A stretch of DNA of 64,000 bases from a virus, in the IMG/VR virus record IMGVR_UViG_3300027687_002091, positions 5,068 to 69,067 of that record; one strand, given 5' to 3'. The position numbers and the translations under genes were made by a program. The stretch's first letter is position 1. Every line of letters starts with the position of its first letter. The notes under the pieces are model-generated. The model was not told where the DNA came from, made no database searches, and worked only from the letters and a program-made list of their open reading frames with translations. Below are positions 9,123 to 18,908 of this stretch, in pieces.

Positions 9123-9710
9123 ATGAGTTTAGCATCACTAACAAAAGTCGCTCATCAGAACGCAGAACGTCAAGAATTCGCAAGAGAAATGATGTCAGGT
9201 AATATGAGCAACGAAAAATATAAAACGTACCTATACAACATGTGGCTAGTATACGACCTCTTAGAAGATGTTGCACTAAGCATGGGTTGTTTTGGTCCAG
9301 AAGACTTATCAATGCCAGAAGACGACCTACCATTAGATGGGTTAACACAAGCAGATGATATTTGGGCAGACTATACAGAATTAGGTGGAACAGAAGAAAA
9401 TCCACCACAAGTTGTACCTTCAGCAGAAGCATACAGAAGTCACATTGTAACAAACTGTCAACATGATAAAGACAAGTTGTTTGCACACGTTTATGTAAGG
9501 CACATGGGCGATTTAAGTGGCGGACAAATGATTAAGAACAAAGTTCCAGGATCAGGAAAAATGTATACATTCGAAGCAATGACACACTCTGTAGATGAAA
9601 TGAAAACATTAATTCGCAAGCGTACTAAAGATAGTATGTCTGATGAAGCAAACATTGCTTTTGATTTCTCAACTAAGATTTTTGAAGAACTAAACAATTT
9701 AACTTACTAA
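9123..9710 (+). CDS. hemO: Heme oxygenase (HemO/Ho1)
   Basis: TKVAHQNAE (proximal His), AHVYVRHMGDLSGGQ, EANIAF. Confidence 0.92.
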   Translation: MSLASLTKVAHQNAERQEFAREMMSGNMSNEKYKTYLYNMWLVYDLLEDVALSMGCFGPEDLSMPEDDLPLDGLTQADDIWADYTELGGTEENPPQVVPSAEAYRSHIVTNCQHDKDKLFAHVYVRHMGDLSGGQMIKNKVPGSGKMYTFEAMTHSVDEMKTLIRKRTKDSMSDEANIAFDFSTKIFEELNNLTY

Positions 9711-9731
9711 AGTAAAGTAAGGGAGAGTAAA

Positions 9732-10418
9732 GTGATCTGGGATCAACTCGTCGACTGTCAAGAAGATATCATTCAAATGTTCAATGCCCGCGGCACTGAA
9801 ATAAATGAACCAGGAATGGAACATTTTAATCAGTCCGACGGAAGTTGGATTAACAGAGTATGGGAAAACGAACATGTTCGCAGAGCTCATATTGATGTAG
9901 TCGACGCAAGAGATACTAAAGGTTTGTGGATGATGCATGTTTGCGTATTTCCACAACTTAACAATAACGCTCCAATTTACGGATTTGACGTTATTGCAGG
10001 AAAGACTAAGATGACTGGTGCTTTCCATGATTTTTCTGCTAGTTCAGGCGGAGAAGATCACCCTATGGTTGAGTGGTATCAAAGTGCAGTACAAGACTTT
10101 GTGCCAGAAAAGAAGCGTGAGTTACCTGAGTGGGCAACAAACATCTTTACTCCGAGTATGATTGCGGCAAGCAATGTAAGAGAAGAAGAGGCAGGTGTTA
10201 TTATTCAACTGGCTTTAGACAACCTTGAAACGTACTTTGATTCTGTTGGTCAGTACACTGGTGAAGGCGATAGAGATTTAACTATTGCAAGCCAAAACTA
10301 TTACTGCCATAACCAACAACAAAATCCACACACTCCAAGAGTAATGAAAAGTCTAGGACTTAACGAAGATGACGTTGATAAGTTCTGTACAGATATGCTC
10401 TTTCCAAAAATTAACTAG
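9732..10418 (+). CDS. pcyX: Ferredoxin-dependent bilin reductase, PcyX type
   Basis: RRAHIDVVD, MMHVCVFP, PIYGFDVIAG, GAFHDFS, RELPEWA, QQQNPHTPRVM; adjacent to heme oxygenase. Confidence 0.88.
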   Translation: MIWDQLVDCQEDIIQMFNARGTEINEPGMEHFNQSDGSWINRVWENEHVRRAHIDVVDARDTKGLWMMHVCVFPQLNNNAPIYGFDVIAGKTKMTGAFHDFSASSGGEDHPMVEWYQSAVQDFVPEKKRELPEWATNIFTPSMIAASNVREEEAGVIIQLALDNLETYFDSVGQYTGEGDRDLTIASQNYYCHNQQQNPHTPRVMKSLGLNEDDVDKFCTDMLFPKIN

Positions 10419-10505
10419 TCGGTTTATATCACACCATAAAATTGTAAATACTTGTAGTAGAGCGTGAGGGCGCCTTACTCCAAAGTATAAGGAGTTTTAT
10501 GTATA

Positions 10506-10988
10506 ATGATCGATCCGTTCACCGCGATCGCGGCGGCTACTACAGCATTCAATACAGTTAAAAAATTTGTACACGCAGGACAAGAATTCGAAAACTGTAT
10601 GGGCCAAATGGGAAAGTGGTACACTAGTGTATCTGACTTCCGTAAAGGCCAAGCGATGCAGAAGAATCCCCCAATATTTAAAAAACTATTAGCCGCAGGC
10701 TCTATTGAAGAAGAAGCTCTTAATCTATTAATACATGAAAAGAAGATCATGGAGATGGAGTTAGAACTTCAACAAATGTTGAACATGCGTTTTGGCTTTG
10801 GCACCTGGGACGAACTAAAAGAAATGCAACGTAAGATACGTGCTGACCGACAGAAACAAGTATATGCGGCCGCTGAGGCCCAACAAGCAGTAATTAACGG
10901 AGTAGCAATTATTGCACTATTGTTTGCAGGTTGTGCAATGCTGTTTGGTATTGTGTATTTTATAGCAAAGGCAAAAGGAATGATCTAG
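10506..10988 (+). CDS. Hypothetical protein with C-terminal TM
   Basis: MIDPFTAIAAA N-terminus common in marine phage proteins; hydrophobic C-terminus. Confidence 0.7.
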   Translation: MIDPFTAIAAATTAFNTVKKFVHAGQEFENCMGQMGKWYTSVSDFRKGQAMQKNPPIFKKLLAAGSIEEEALNLLIHEKKIMEMELELQQMLNMRFGFGTWDELKEMQRKIRADRQKQVYAAAEAQQAVINGVAIIALLFAGCAMLFGIVYFIAKAKGMI

Positions 10989-11207
10989 TTGGTTTATGTA
11001 TATGAAAACTTTAAGTATGTAAATCAAGACAACAAAGGCATACTTTACAAAGATGAACGTATACTGTTTATAGGCAACAGCTGGAGTGGTATACTACAAT
11101 TTTTAGCATTAAGCGGAAACGCACCTGAGGTAAGAGAAATGTTTAAATCACAGTTAGAACAAAGAGAAAAGCCTAAGTTCCAGTCAAATTTAGAGAACGA
11201 AAAATGA
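10989..11207 (+). CDS. Hypothetical protein
   Basis: Abuts neighbouring ORFs; TTG start. Confidence 0.5.
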   Translation: MVYVYENFKYVNQDNKGILYKDERILFIGNSWSGILQFLALSGNAPEVREMFKSQLEQREKPKFQSNLENEK

Positions 11208-11422
11208 TACATGCATTTATGTTGATGGTGCTTATAGCAGACAAGCAACAACCTAATCCTATGTACTTTAGAAGCATTGATGTTTGTCAATACTATGCTG
11301 TACGTGTAGTTAGACAATACGGCAACTATGACCACAGTTATCTAGTACCTAAAGAACATAGACTTACAGCGTATTGTAAGCCTGTAAAAGTACAAGACGG
11401 ACCAAATATATATGATCATTAA
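11204..11422 (+). CDS. Hypothetical small protein
   Basis: ATGA overlap; hydrophobic N-terminus, FRSIDVC...AYCKP. Confidence 0.6.
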   Translation: MIHAFMLMVLIADKQQPNPMYFRSIDVCQYYAVRVVRQYGNYDHSYLVPKEHRLTAYCKPVKVQDGPNIYDH

Positions 11423-11646
11423 ACTAGTTCGTATTTTTTTGCTTTAGCAATAAATGTAACTCTACCTAAGTCTAATGCTTTAGCGGCTTTAGTTTGGTTT
11501 CCATCGTGTTCTCTTAGAGCTTCACTTATACGTTCAATCTCTAGTTGAGCAACTTCATTATTTAGATTTGTTTGTAAATTAGTCTCAGGAAACGCTTCAC
11601 CTAGTGCTTCCCATAGTCCATCTTGTTCATTTTTATATGTTGTCAT
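11419..11646 (-). CDS. Stand-alone Fis-family (HTH_8) DNA-binding protein
   Basis: LEIERISEALREHDGNQTKAAKALDLGRVTF matches the bEBP/Fis C-terminal HTH. Confidence 0.85.
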   Translation of the reverse strand: MTTYKNEQDGLWEALGEAFPETNLQTNLNNEVAQLEIERISEALREHDGNQTKAAKALDLGRVTFIAKAKKYELV

Positions 11647-11694
11647 ACATATATTTATACTCCTATACTTTTGTGTTATAAACCTATTATTAAG

Positions 11695-11718
11695 TTGGTG
11701 TAAAATATTTTACACCAA
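11695..11718. promoter_or_regulatory. 24-bp perfect palindrome (candidate operator) between divergent late promoters
   Basis: TTGGTGTAAAATATTTTACACCAA; TATAAATA at 11721-11728 (+) and 11652-11659 (-). Confidence 0.75.
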
Positions 11719-11794
11719 ACTATAAATAGTAGTACTAAGTTCGAGGGGGGCAGTTTCTAAAAACAAGATAAATATTGATGTAGGAGTCTGACAA

Positions 11795-12265
11795 ATGTAC
11801 AAAAAGTTTTTATATATAACCAGTGTAGTATTAGTAGTTTTTAGTAACGCGGCGTCCGCCGAAATGATATGGAGTTTTAAATCTCCAGCCTTCCATTATG
11901 GAAATGGTTATTCTTCACACGTTTTAAGTGTTGAACAGCTACAACATAATAGAAAGCAAGATCTTAAAGACAAGGCAGAAGCAGAGGCAAAGCGACTAGA
12001 AAGAGAATTAGAAAATACTACCCTAAACAAATTTGTTAAGAACGTTGAGTCGAGAATATACGCAACGTTAAGTAAACAGATGGTAGATAGTATGTTTGCT
12101 GATTGTGGCGCAAGTTGTGCTACCAGTGGAACAGCAGAAATCGAAGGCTCAAGCATTAGCTGGGTTAAAGACACAACAACAGGAGCGATTACGCTAACTG
12201 TTATTGAAGCCGATGGAAGCACAACTACTATTGAAATACCAGGAACAGGGAATTTTAACTTTTGA
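11795..12265 (+). CDS. csgF: Curli assembly protein CsgF-like
   Basis: Signal peptide; WSFKSPAF..GNGYSSHVL N-terminus; DGSTTTIEIP C-terminus; precedes csgG. Confidence 0.8.
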   Translation: MYKKFLYITSVVLVVFSNAASAEMIWSFKSPAFHYGNGYSSHVLSVEQLQHNRKQDLKDKAEAEAKRLERELENTTLNKFVKNVESRIYATLSKQMVDSMFADCGASCATSGTAEIEGSSISWVKDTTTGAITLTVIEADGSTTTIEIPGTGNFNF

Positions 12266-13197
12266 ATCGCATAATATTTTTGATAGGCATATTGTTACTT
12301 ACTGGGTGCAGTAATACCATGCAACAGTCGCTGACTATAAAGGAAAATGCTGGACCACCACGTGTACAGCCGGCTCCGTTAGCTGACAGAATGGTTTCAG
12401 TACCTGAGCTAGATGGCAAGAGAATAACTATAGCAGTTTACAGTTTTTTAGACAAAACAGGGCAACGTAAACCAGCAGATAGTATTGCTAATCTATCGAG
12501 TGCAGTAACACAAGGATCAGAAGTGTGGGTTATAAAAGCACTAGCTGAAGTAGGCAACGAAACATGGTTCGAAGTTGTAGAACGTATAGGGATGGATAAC
12601 TTGATTAAAGAAAGACAGTTGATCCGTAACACTAGAGAAGTATACGAGAAAAACTTACCGAACGGTCCAAGAGCATTGAAACCAATGGTGTTCGCAGGAT
12701 TAATACTAGAAGGCGGCATAATTGGTTACGATAGCAACGTTGCTGTTGGTGGAGTAGGAGGCAGATATTTAGGCGTGGGTGCTCAAACAGAGTACAGGGT
12801 TGATACAGTCACAATAGTGATGAGAGTGGTGTCAGTCAGCACTGGTAAAGTGTTGTTAAGTATTGCAACAGAAAAGACTATTGCAAGTTCAAGGTCCGGA
12901 GCGGACGTTTTTAAGTTTTTAGACTTAGGAACTAAATTAATAGAATCGGAAACAGGTTACTCTGTTAACGAGCCAGTAAATTATGCTGTAAGGGCGGCTA
13001 TTGAAGCAGGTGTAGTTCAACTGGTATACGAAGGTGAAAAGAAAGGACTTTGGAAGTTTAAAGATACAACATATAAGGGCAAGACACCAAGGCCAAGACC
13101 TCTACCATTTAACGATGCTTTAGAGAAATGGCCGGAAAGTAGACTATACTGCAACAATCAAGACTTATGTTGGCCTATAAATGACACCAAAGAATAA
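12262..13197 (+). CDS. csgG: Curli secretion pore CsgG
   Basis: Lipobox LTGC; AVYSFLDKTGQRK, SSAVTQG, WFEVVER..L.KERQLIR, NEPV..AVRAAIE. Confidence 0.93.
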   Translation: MNRIIFLIGILLLTGCSNTMQQSLTIKENAGPPRVQPAPLADRMVSVPELDGKRITIAVYSFLDKTGQRKPADSIANLSSAVTQGSEVWVIKALAEVGNETWFEVVERIGMDNLIKERQLIRNTREVYEKNLPNGPRALKPMVFAGLILEGGIIGYDSNVAVGGVGGRYLGVGAQTEYRVDTVTIVMRVVSVSTGKVLLSIATEKTIASSRSGADVFKFLDLGTKLIESETGYSVNEPVNYAVRAAIEAGVVQLVYEGEKKGLWKFKDTTYKGKTPRPRPLPFNDALEKWPESRLYCNNQDLCWPINDTKE

Positions 13198-13205
13198 GGA
13201 GAGCA

Positions 13206-13943
13206 ATGAAAACAATAATAAGAGGGCTTTTATTTTTAATTTTATTAGCGTCACCAACTTGGGCAAATGATATCTACATTGAGCAAGTAGGAGACACTTT
13301 AGATTTAGATATAACACAAGACGGCCAAGACAACGTAATTGGTACTAGCAGTACCGACGTTAATTTAGCAGGAGCGAATATGACTTTTGCAATAACACAA
13401 ACAGGTAGTTTTAACCAAATTATCGCAAACATAAGAGGTGCCAGTTATACAGGCGCTTGGACATTTACAGGCGATAGTAACACAGTGGATCTAAGTTGTG
13501 ATAGCACATCAGGAACTAATTGTGAAAACATTACCATGAACATAACCGCATCAGGTAGCTCAAATGCATTTACATTTGATATAGGTGATACAGCAGATGC
13601 TGATGGATCAACCATTGGATTTACAGTTACGGGATCAAACAACGTAATTAATTCAAACGTTGACGGCAAGAGTGCTGTAATAGCAGTTACAGTTAACAAC
13701 AGTTCAAGTTTAGCAAGTGGAGGTGCATCTAATACAGCAAGCACACTTTCATCAACTGGATCAGGTAACGTAATTGACTTTGACATTGACGGAGACGGCG
13801 ATAGTTCAGGACACTCAGTAACACTAAATGTTACAGGTGGCGGAAGTAGTTACGATGTTACACAAAGTGGAATATATGATAATACGATAGACGCTGACTT
13901 CTCTGGGGACGGTCAAGACGTTGACATTATACAAAGGGACTAA
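13206..13943 (+). CDS. Curlin-like secreted beta-repeat protein 1
   Basis: Signal peptide, NDIYIEQVGD, repeated Q-x-G-x-x-N and G-x-x-N units. Confidence 0.7.
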   Translation: MKTIIRGLLFLILLASPTWANDIYIEQVGDTLDLDITQDGQDNVIGTSSTDVNLAGANMTFAITQTGSFNQIIANIRGASYTGAWTFTGDSNTVDLSCDSTSGTNCENITMNITASGSSNAFTFDIGDTADADGSTIGFTVTGSNNVINSNVDGKSAVIAVTVNNSSSLASGGASNTASTLSSTGSGNVIDFDIDGDGDSSGHSVTLNVTGGGSSYDVTQSGIYDNTIDADFSGDGQDVDIIQRD

Positions 13944-13944
13944 C

Positions 13945-15102
13945 ATGGCTCCAAACAGGCTAACATTTATATTGTTAGCAATGTTATTTTTACTCGCTAC
14001 GCTGATAGAACCAGCCTATGGTAAAAATGCGGGATCAATTAGTCAAGTAAAAGGAAGTGGTGTGTTAGAGCGTGGCGCCGATGTCGTTATAGACGGCAAA
14101 GTAGGTGCCGGCGTTCAAAGTATGGACACAGCCGTAACAGCAAACGGTACCATGCGTATTGACTTTATAGACGAAACTCGAGTTGAGCTTACTGAACAAT
14201 CAAGATTAGTTATTGACGAATTTGTATACGATCCTGCTAACGATATAGGATCGTTGTCAATGAAAGCGTCATTAGGAACAGTAAGGTACGCAAGCGGACA
14301 AATTGCTAAAAAATATAAACAAAATGTAAAGATAAGCACTCCGAGTGCTACTATTGGTGTACGTGGTACAGATTTCATAATGGTTGTTGATGAAGTTGGA
14401 GGAAGTATGATTACACTACTTCCAAGTTGTGATACAGCAGGTATGTGTTATGTGGGTGAAATAAAAGTAGAAACTGATGCTGGATTTGTTATTATGAATA
14501 AAGCATTTCAAGCAACAGCAACAACACATGGTATGCGTAAACCAACTCCTCCAGTAATACTAGATCTAAACGAAGATCAAATTAACAACTTATTACTATT
14601 GCGTAAACGAAGTCCAATTGATGAATACGCAGAAGAAGAAATACAAAGACGTAGAAAACTAGCAGATTTTTTAGGTGTAGACTTTTTAGAGTTTGATGGG
14701 CTAGACGGAGACGCTCTCAAAGACAGTATTGAAGGCATTTGGGCAACAGCACTAGACGAAACAGACTTTATGTTAGCAGATATGCTACATGATATGTTAG
14801 ACAAACTTAACGAAGCACTGGCGGCATTATTTAGAGATGAACTAGCAAGACAAAATGCTAGACTATTAACAAACGTACCAACAGTAGGATTTGATCCTAA
14901 AACACAAATTAGATTAGATATTGAAGAGCCGTTTTATGTTTGGCAACGTGAAGACTTTGGCCAAGGCGGATTTATTAGGTTAAGATTAAATAACATGCAC
15001 GATTATACACTAGACGTACAACAAGGGGAGTTCTTTCTATATGACTATAGATTGGGTAGCGAAGGCACTAATAGTATTACTATTATTCAAACCAACAACT
15101 AG
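13945..15102 (+). CDS. FecR-domain protein
   Basis: DTAVTANG, FIDETRVELTEQS.L.IDEFVYDP, TPSATIGVRGTDF. Confidence 0.85.
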   Translation: MAPNRLTFILLAMLFLLATLIEPAYGKNAGSISQVKGSGVLERGADVVIDGKVGAGVQSMDTAVTANGTMRIDFIDETRVELTEQSRLVIDEFVYDPANDIGSLSMKASLGTVRYASGQIAKKYKQNVKISTPSATIGVRGTDFIMVVDEVGGSMITLLPSCDTAGMCYVGEIKVETDAGFVIMNKAFQATATTHGMRKPTPPVILDLNEDQINNLLLLRKRSPIDEYAEEEIQRRRKLADFLGVDFLEFDGLDGDALKDSIEGIWATALDETDFMLADMLHDMLDKLNEALAALFRDELARQNARLLTNVPTVGFDPKTQIRLDIEEPFYVWQREDFGQGGFIRLRLNNMHDYTLDVQQGEFFLYDYRLGSEGTNSITIIQTNN

Positions 15103-16222
15103 TTGGGCTAATGATATTTACATCTACCAGGCTGGTGATAACATTGACTTGACTATAGTTCAAGACGGTGAAAATAATGTTATCAGTTCGGTTGCTGGTA
15201 ACACTAGGAAAGCCCCTATTAGCGGTAATAACACAAGCACAACATTTACACAAACAGGCGACAACAATGATATAGGAGTGTATATGAGTGCTGGCAATGG
15301 ACAGCAGACAATTACACAAACAGGTAATACTAACTATGCTACGTCAGACTGTCACGGCAACAACTGTTCAACAACCATTACGCAAAATGGTAACAACAAC
15401 TTAGCAAATTTAGAGTTTGGTAACGGCGGCGATAGCGACCAAACTGGTACAATTACACAAGACGGCAACTACAATGCGGCTGGTATAGAAGCAAATGGTG
15501 ATGACAATACTTTTGTTGTAGATCAAGACGGAGACAACAATGCTGTTGGAGGGATTACCGGTGCACCGATTACTGGTGATAATAATATACTATCAATAAC
15601 ACAAGATGGCGACTACATGACTTTTGAAGGAAATCTTACAGGTAGTAATAATAGTTTAACATCATTTCAAGGCGGAAGCGCCGACAGTAGTTTTATACGT
15701 GCTAGTACAGTTGGCAGTAACAACACAGGCAACCTACGCCAAGGTAAGAAGATGGACGGAACAGTTGACAACAACGACAGTGGTAACTTTGAACAGTACG
15801 TAACCGTCAACGGCGATAGCAATACTATTAATACTTCACAAGTAAACAGTGGTGGAACAAGTTCAGATCATCACATGGCACATATCATAACAGGTGACGG
15901 CAACACACTAAGCCACTTGCAATATGCAGATAAGAAAAAACAAGGCTTCATTGAAATAACAGGCGATGACAATACAGTTACACTTGAACAAAGAAATAGT
16001 TCAAATCACTTTGCAGACATTAATGTAACAGGAGATGATCATACAGTAACTGGTGTACAACGTGGCGGCGCCTATGCACATAACTTCTCTGTTGATCTAA
16101 CTAACTCTGGTGGTGCATACAATTTGTCAACTACACAAAACTCAAACACAGCACAAACTTATAGTCTAACTGGCAGTTGTGTCACAGTAGGCGGATGTGC
16201 AGTTAGTGTTGTTCAATACTAA
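15041..16222 (+). CDS. Curlin-like secreted beta-repeat protein 2
   Basis: WANDIYIYQAGD shared with protein 1; many TQTGDNN/TQNGNNN/TQDGNYN repeats at about 22-aa period. Confidence 0.75.
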   Translation: MTIDWVAKALIVLLLFKPTTSWANDIYIYQAGDNIDLTIVQDGENNVISSVAGNTRKAPISGNNTSTTFTQTGDNNDIGVYMSAGNGQQTITQTGNTNYATSDCHGNNCSTTITQNGNNNLANLEFGNGGDSDQTGTITQDGNYNAAGIEANGDDNTFVVDQDGDNNAVGGITGAPITGDNNILSITQDGDYMTFEGNLTGSNNSLTSFQGGSADSSFIRASTVGSNNTGNLRQGKKMDGTVDNNDSGNFEQYVTVNGDSNTINTSQVNSGGTSSDHHMAHIITGDGNTLSHLQYADKKKQGFIEITGDDNTVTLEQRNSSNHFADINVTGDDHTVTGVQRGGAYAHNFSVDLTNSGGAYNLSTTQNSNTAQTYSLTGSCVTVGGCAVSVVQY

Positions 16223-16234
16223 CATAAATACAGT

Positions 16235-18286
16235 ATGACGAAGTATATCACACATTGGGCCGTGGTTTTTATTACGGCTTTTATCATGATAGGTTTACAC
16301 TACGGTGATGGTTCCCTGGTGCAAACAGCTCGCCTTAAGCAATTCGACTTACTTCAGCAAACTGATAAGGCAACATTATCCCAAGATGTTGGCATCGTAA
16401 CCATTGACGAAGCCGCCATTGAAAAGTACGGTCAGTGGCCTTGGAAGCGTGATATAATTGCAGATATAATCTGGAAACTTCGCGAAGCAGGTGCTGGTAT
16501 CATCGTAATCCCTGTTATCATGTCAGAAACAGATAGATTAGGTGGTGATATTGAATTAGCCAAAGCACTTGCGGGTAACGGTGTTGTAATAGCACAAGTA
16601 GGAAGTACCCAAGCCAATCGTAATGCGGTCCCAAGAGGCATTGCGAAAATTGGCGAGCCTGTGCCATATATGTTTGAATGGCCAGGTATGTTAGGACCAA
16701 TCCAATTGCTAGGAGATAATGCCGACGGTGTGGGCGTGTTGAACACGAATCCAGAAATCGACGGTGTAGTAAGACGAGTACCTCTCCTGATGCGTGTCGG
16801 CGAAGATACGTATCCCGCTTTAGCAATTGAAGTTATTCGTGTTGCAACAGGAAACCCTAGTTACCAAGTTAAGGAAGCTGGCGGTGGAATTGAAGCAGTA
16901 CGAGTTCCTGGTTACCCAATTATAAAAACAGATCCTAATGCACAGATATGGTTACGTTGGAATAAAGAATTCGAAACTATTAGTGCGGCTTCAGATGATT
17001 ATAGATTATTTGAAGGTAAGACTGTTATTATAGGAGTAACCGCAGAAGGCATAGGTGGTTTAATCGCTAGTCCGACTGGACCACAACACAACTATATACC
17101 AGCCGCAGTAACACTTCAAACTGTGATAGATGGCGATCAAATCGAGCGTCCCTATTGGGCATTCTTAGCAGAGCTTATCACAACCGGACTACTAGGCATA
17201 GCTTTAGTGTGCGTTGGAAGGTTTGCCCCTTACTGGTTAGCTGGAGGATTATTAGTTGTGTTTGTGGGAGGACTCACTTATGGCGTACACTATGCATGGG
17301 TAAACTATTTGTACTTGTTAGATGGTACAATGCCTATGGTAACAATATTTGTAGTAGGCTTACATGCAATTTTTAATAGATTTGTAAGTGAGTATACACA
17401 GAAACAAGCAATTAAGAAACAGTTTGGGGGCTATGCTAGTCCTACTGTAGTTAAACTGTTACAAGAGAATCCAGCACTTATCAAAGACGGTCAGAAGAAA
17501 GAAGTCTCAATTGTATTCTCAGACTTGCGTGGCTTTACTCCTTTGGGCGAAAGCTTCGGTGATGACGTTAAAGGATTGACTAAGATTATGAATGGGTATA
17601 TGGACAGCATTACGCAACCTGTACTCGACAGTGACGGAATGATTATTAAATACATTGGGGACGCAAGTATGCACATACACAATGCACCCATAGACGATGT
17701 AAATCACGCTAAGACAGCAGTACAGTGCGGCTTAGACATGCTTAAAGCAGTGGAGAAGTTCAATGACGAAGTTATTAAACCAGAAGGAAGACCACCAGTT
17801 GGAATGGGGGCAGGAATCAATACCGGCCTTGGCTATATTGGAGAAATGGGTAGCACCGCAAGACATTCGTACGATGTACTCGGGGACGCCGTTAGTACAG
17901 CCGCAAGAATTGAAAGCAAGTGTAAAGAATACGGTTGCGTCCTCTTAGTAGGAGGAGCTACAGTTGAACAATGTAAAGATGACTTTATGTTCCTTAAAGT
18001 AGACGACTTAGCTGTTAAAGGTAAAACAGTTGGTGTTGCTATATACACAGTATTAGATGATGTTAAGAAGCATTACGAAGCAAGCAAACGCAGACACGAT
18101 GGAATGCATACACTATATCAGCAACAGAAGTTTAGTGAAGCAATTAAAGAGTGCGATAAGTTAAAGCCGCAGTTTGAAGGCAAACTAGAAGGCTATTACG
18201 ACATGTGGATTGAACGCTGTGAGTATATGCTAACACAAGACTTGCCTAAGGATTGGAATGGCGTGTTTATTGCGACTTCGAAGTAG
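16235..18286 (+). CDS. CHASE2-domain class III adenylate/guanylate cyclase
   Basis: IDEAAIEKYGQWPWKR, DGVVRRVPL, 3 TMs, FSDLRGFT, KYIGDA, YDVLGDAVSTAARIE. Confidence 0.93.
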   Translation: MTKYITHWAVVFITAFIMIGLHYGDGSLVQTARLKQFDLLQQTDKATLSQDVGIVTIDEAAIEKYGQWPWKRDIIADIIWKLREAGAGIIVIPVIMSETDRLGGDIELAKALAGNGVVIAQVGSTQANRNAVPRGIAKIGEPVPYMFEWPGMLGPIQLLGDNADGVGVLNTNPEIDGVVRRVPLLMRVGEDTYPALAIEVIRVATGNPSYQVKEAGGGIEAVRVPGYPIIKTDPNAQIWLRWNKEFETISAASDDYRLFEGKTVIIGVTAEGIGGLIASPTGPQHNYIPAAVTLQTVIDGDQIERPYWAFLAELITTGLLGIALVCVGRFAPYWLAGGLLVVFVGGLTYGVHYAWVNYLYLLDGTMPMVTIFVVGLHAIFNRFVSEYTQKQAIKKQFGGYASPTVVKLLQENPALIKDGQKKEVSIVFSDLRGFTPLGESFGDDVKGLTKIMNGYMDSITQPVLDSDGMIIKYIGDASMHIHNAPIDDVNHAKTAVQCGLDMLKAVEKFNDEVIKPEGRPPVGMGAGINTGLGYIGEMGSTARHSYDVLGDAVSTAARIESKCKEYGCVLLVGGATVEQCKDDFMFLKVDDLAVKGKTVGVAIYTVLDDVKKHYEASKRRHDGMHTLYQQQKFSEAIKECDKLKPQFEGKLEGYYDMWIERCEYMLTQDLPKDWNGVFIATSK

Positions 18287-18551
18287 CTTTAGCTTTTAGG
18301 TATTCTTCAATCTTATCACACACATTTTCATGATCATACATAGCTTCAGCGGTATACTGTTTACCGCAAGCTAGACATTCGTATATATCATCTGCTTTGA
18401 TTATACGTGCTTCGCCAGCAGGCTGAAAACTATCCGTGTTCATACCTTGAAGCTGACTTTGGAACATCTCTACAGTCTTTGCAGTTGCATTTAAAACAGA
18501 CGTCATTTGCACACTCTTCGCAGTCTTCGTCTCTATGGCACTTATGTCCAC
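18267..18551 (-). CDS. Hypothetical protein with CxxC...HxxxC zinc-finger-like motif
   Basis: YECLACGK...HENVC; follows the minus-strand cluster. Confidence 0.5.
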   Translation of the reverse strand: MDISAIETKTAKSVQMTSVLNATAKTVEMFQSQLQGMNTDSFQPAGEARIIKADDIYECLACGKQYTAEAMYDHENVCDKIEEYLKAKATSKSQ

Positions 18552-18575
18552 ATGTACTACATTGGCTGTCGTCGA

Positions 18576-18905
18576 TCAATCTTTTTTACCCGTACTATTA
18601 AAAGGGTTGTTAGTTGTGTCTGAATACTTTGCAACTATATCTTCTAGTTCAGCTCTACGTGCTTTATCTAATTTAGCTTCGTTTTCTAATACCATGCTTA
18701 ACTTTGTGTTTAAGCGAATGATATCATTGTCTAACATGCGTACACGATCAACTAGTTTAATTAGTGTACCCATAGTAGCACCTATAACAGGATCAATAGT
18801 TTCAGTTACCCACTTCCATATAAAGTATATAAAATACCCCATACCTAATGCGGCAACTACTGGAAATCCTAGGTCTTTAATTGTGTTAGTTAAGTCTGCT
18901 TCCAT
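18576..18905 (-). CDS. YvrJ/holin-like small membrane protein
   Basis: IKDLGFPVVAALGMG TM plus coiled coil; paralog of 19126-19404. Confidence 0.65.
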   Translation of the reverse strand: MEADLTNTIKDLGFPVVAALGMGYFIYFIWKWVTETIDPVIGATMGTLIKLVDRVRMLDNDIIRLNTKLSMVLENEAKLDKARRAELEDIVAKYSDTTNNPFNSTGKKD

Positions 18906-18908
18906 ATA

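Noticed and set aside
9123-10418. Cyanophage assignment from bilin genes
   Set aside because: Reductase motifs look PcyX-type; no photosynthesis genes; ROSE, iscU and lipoproteins suggest a proteobacterial host.
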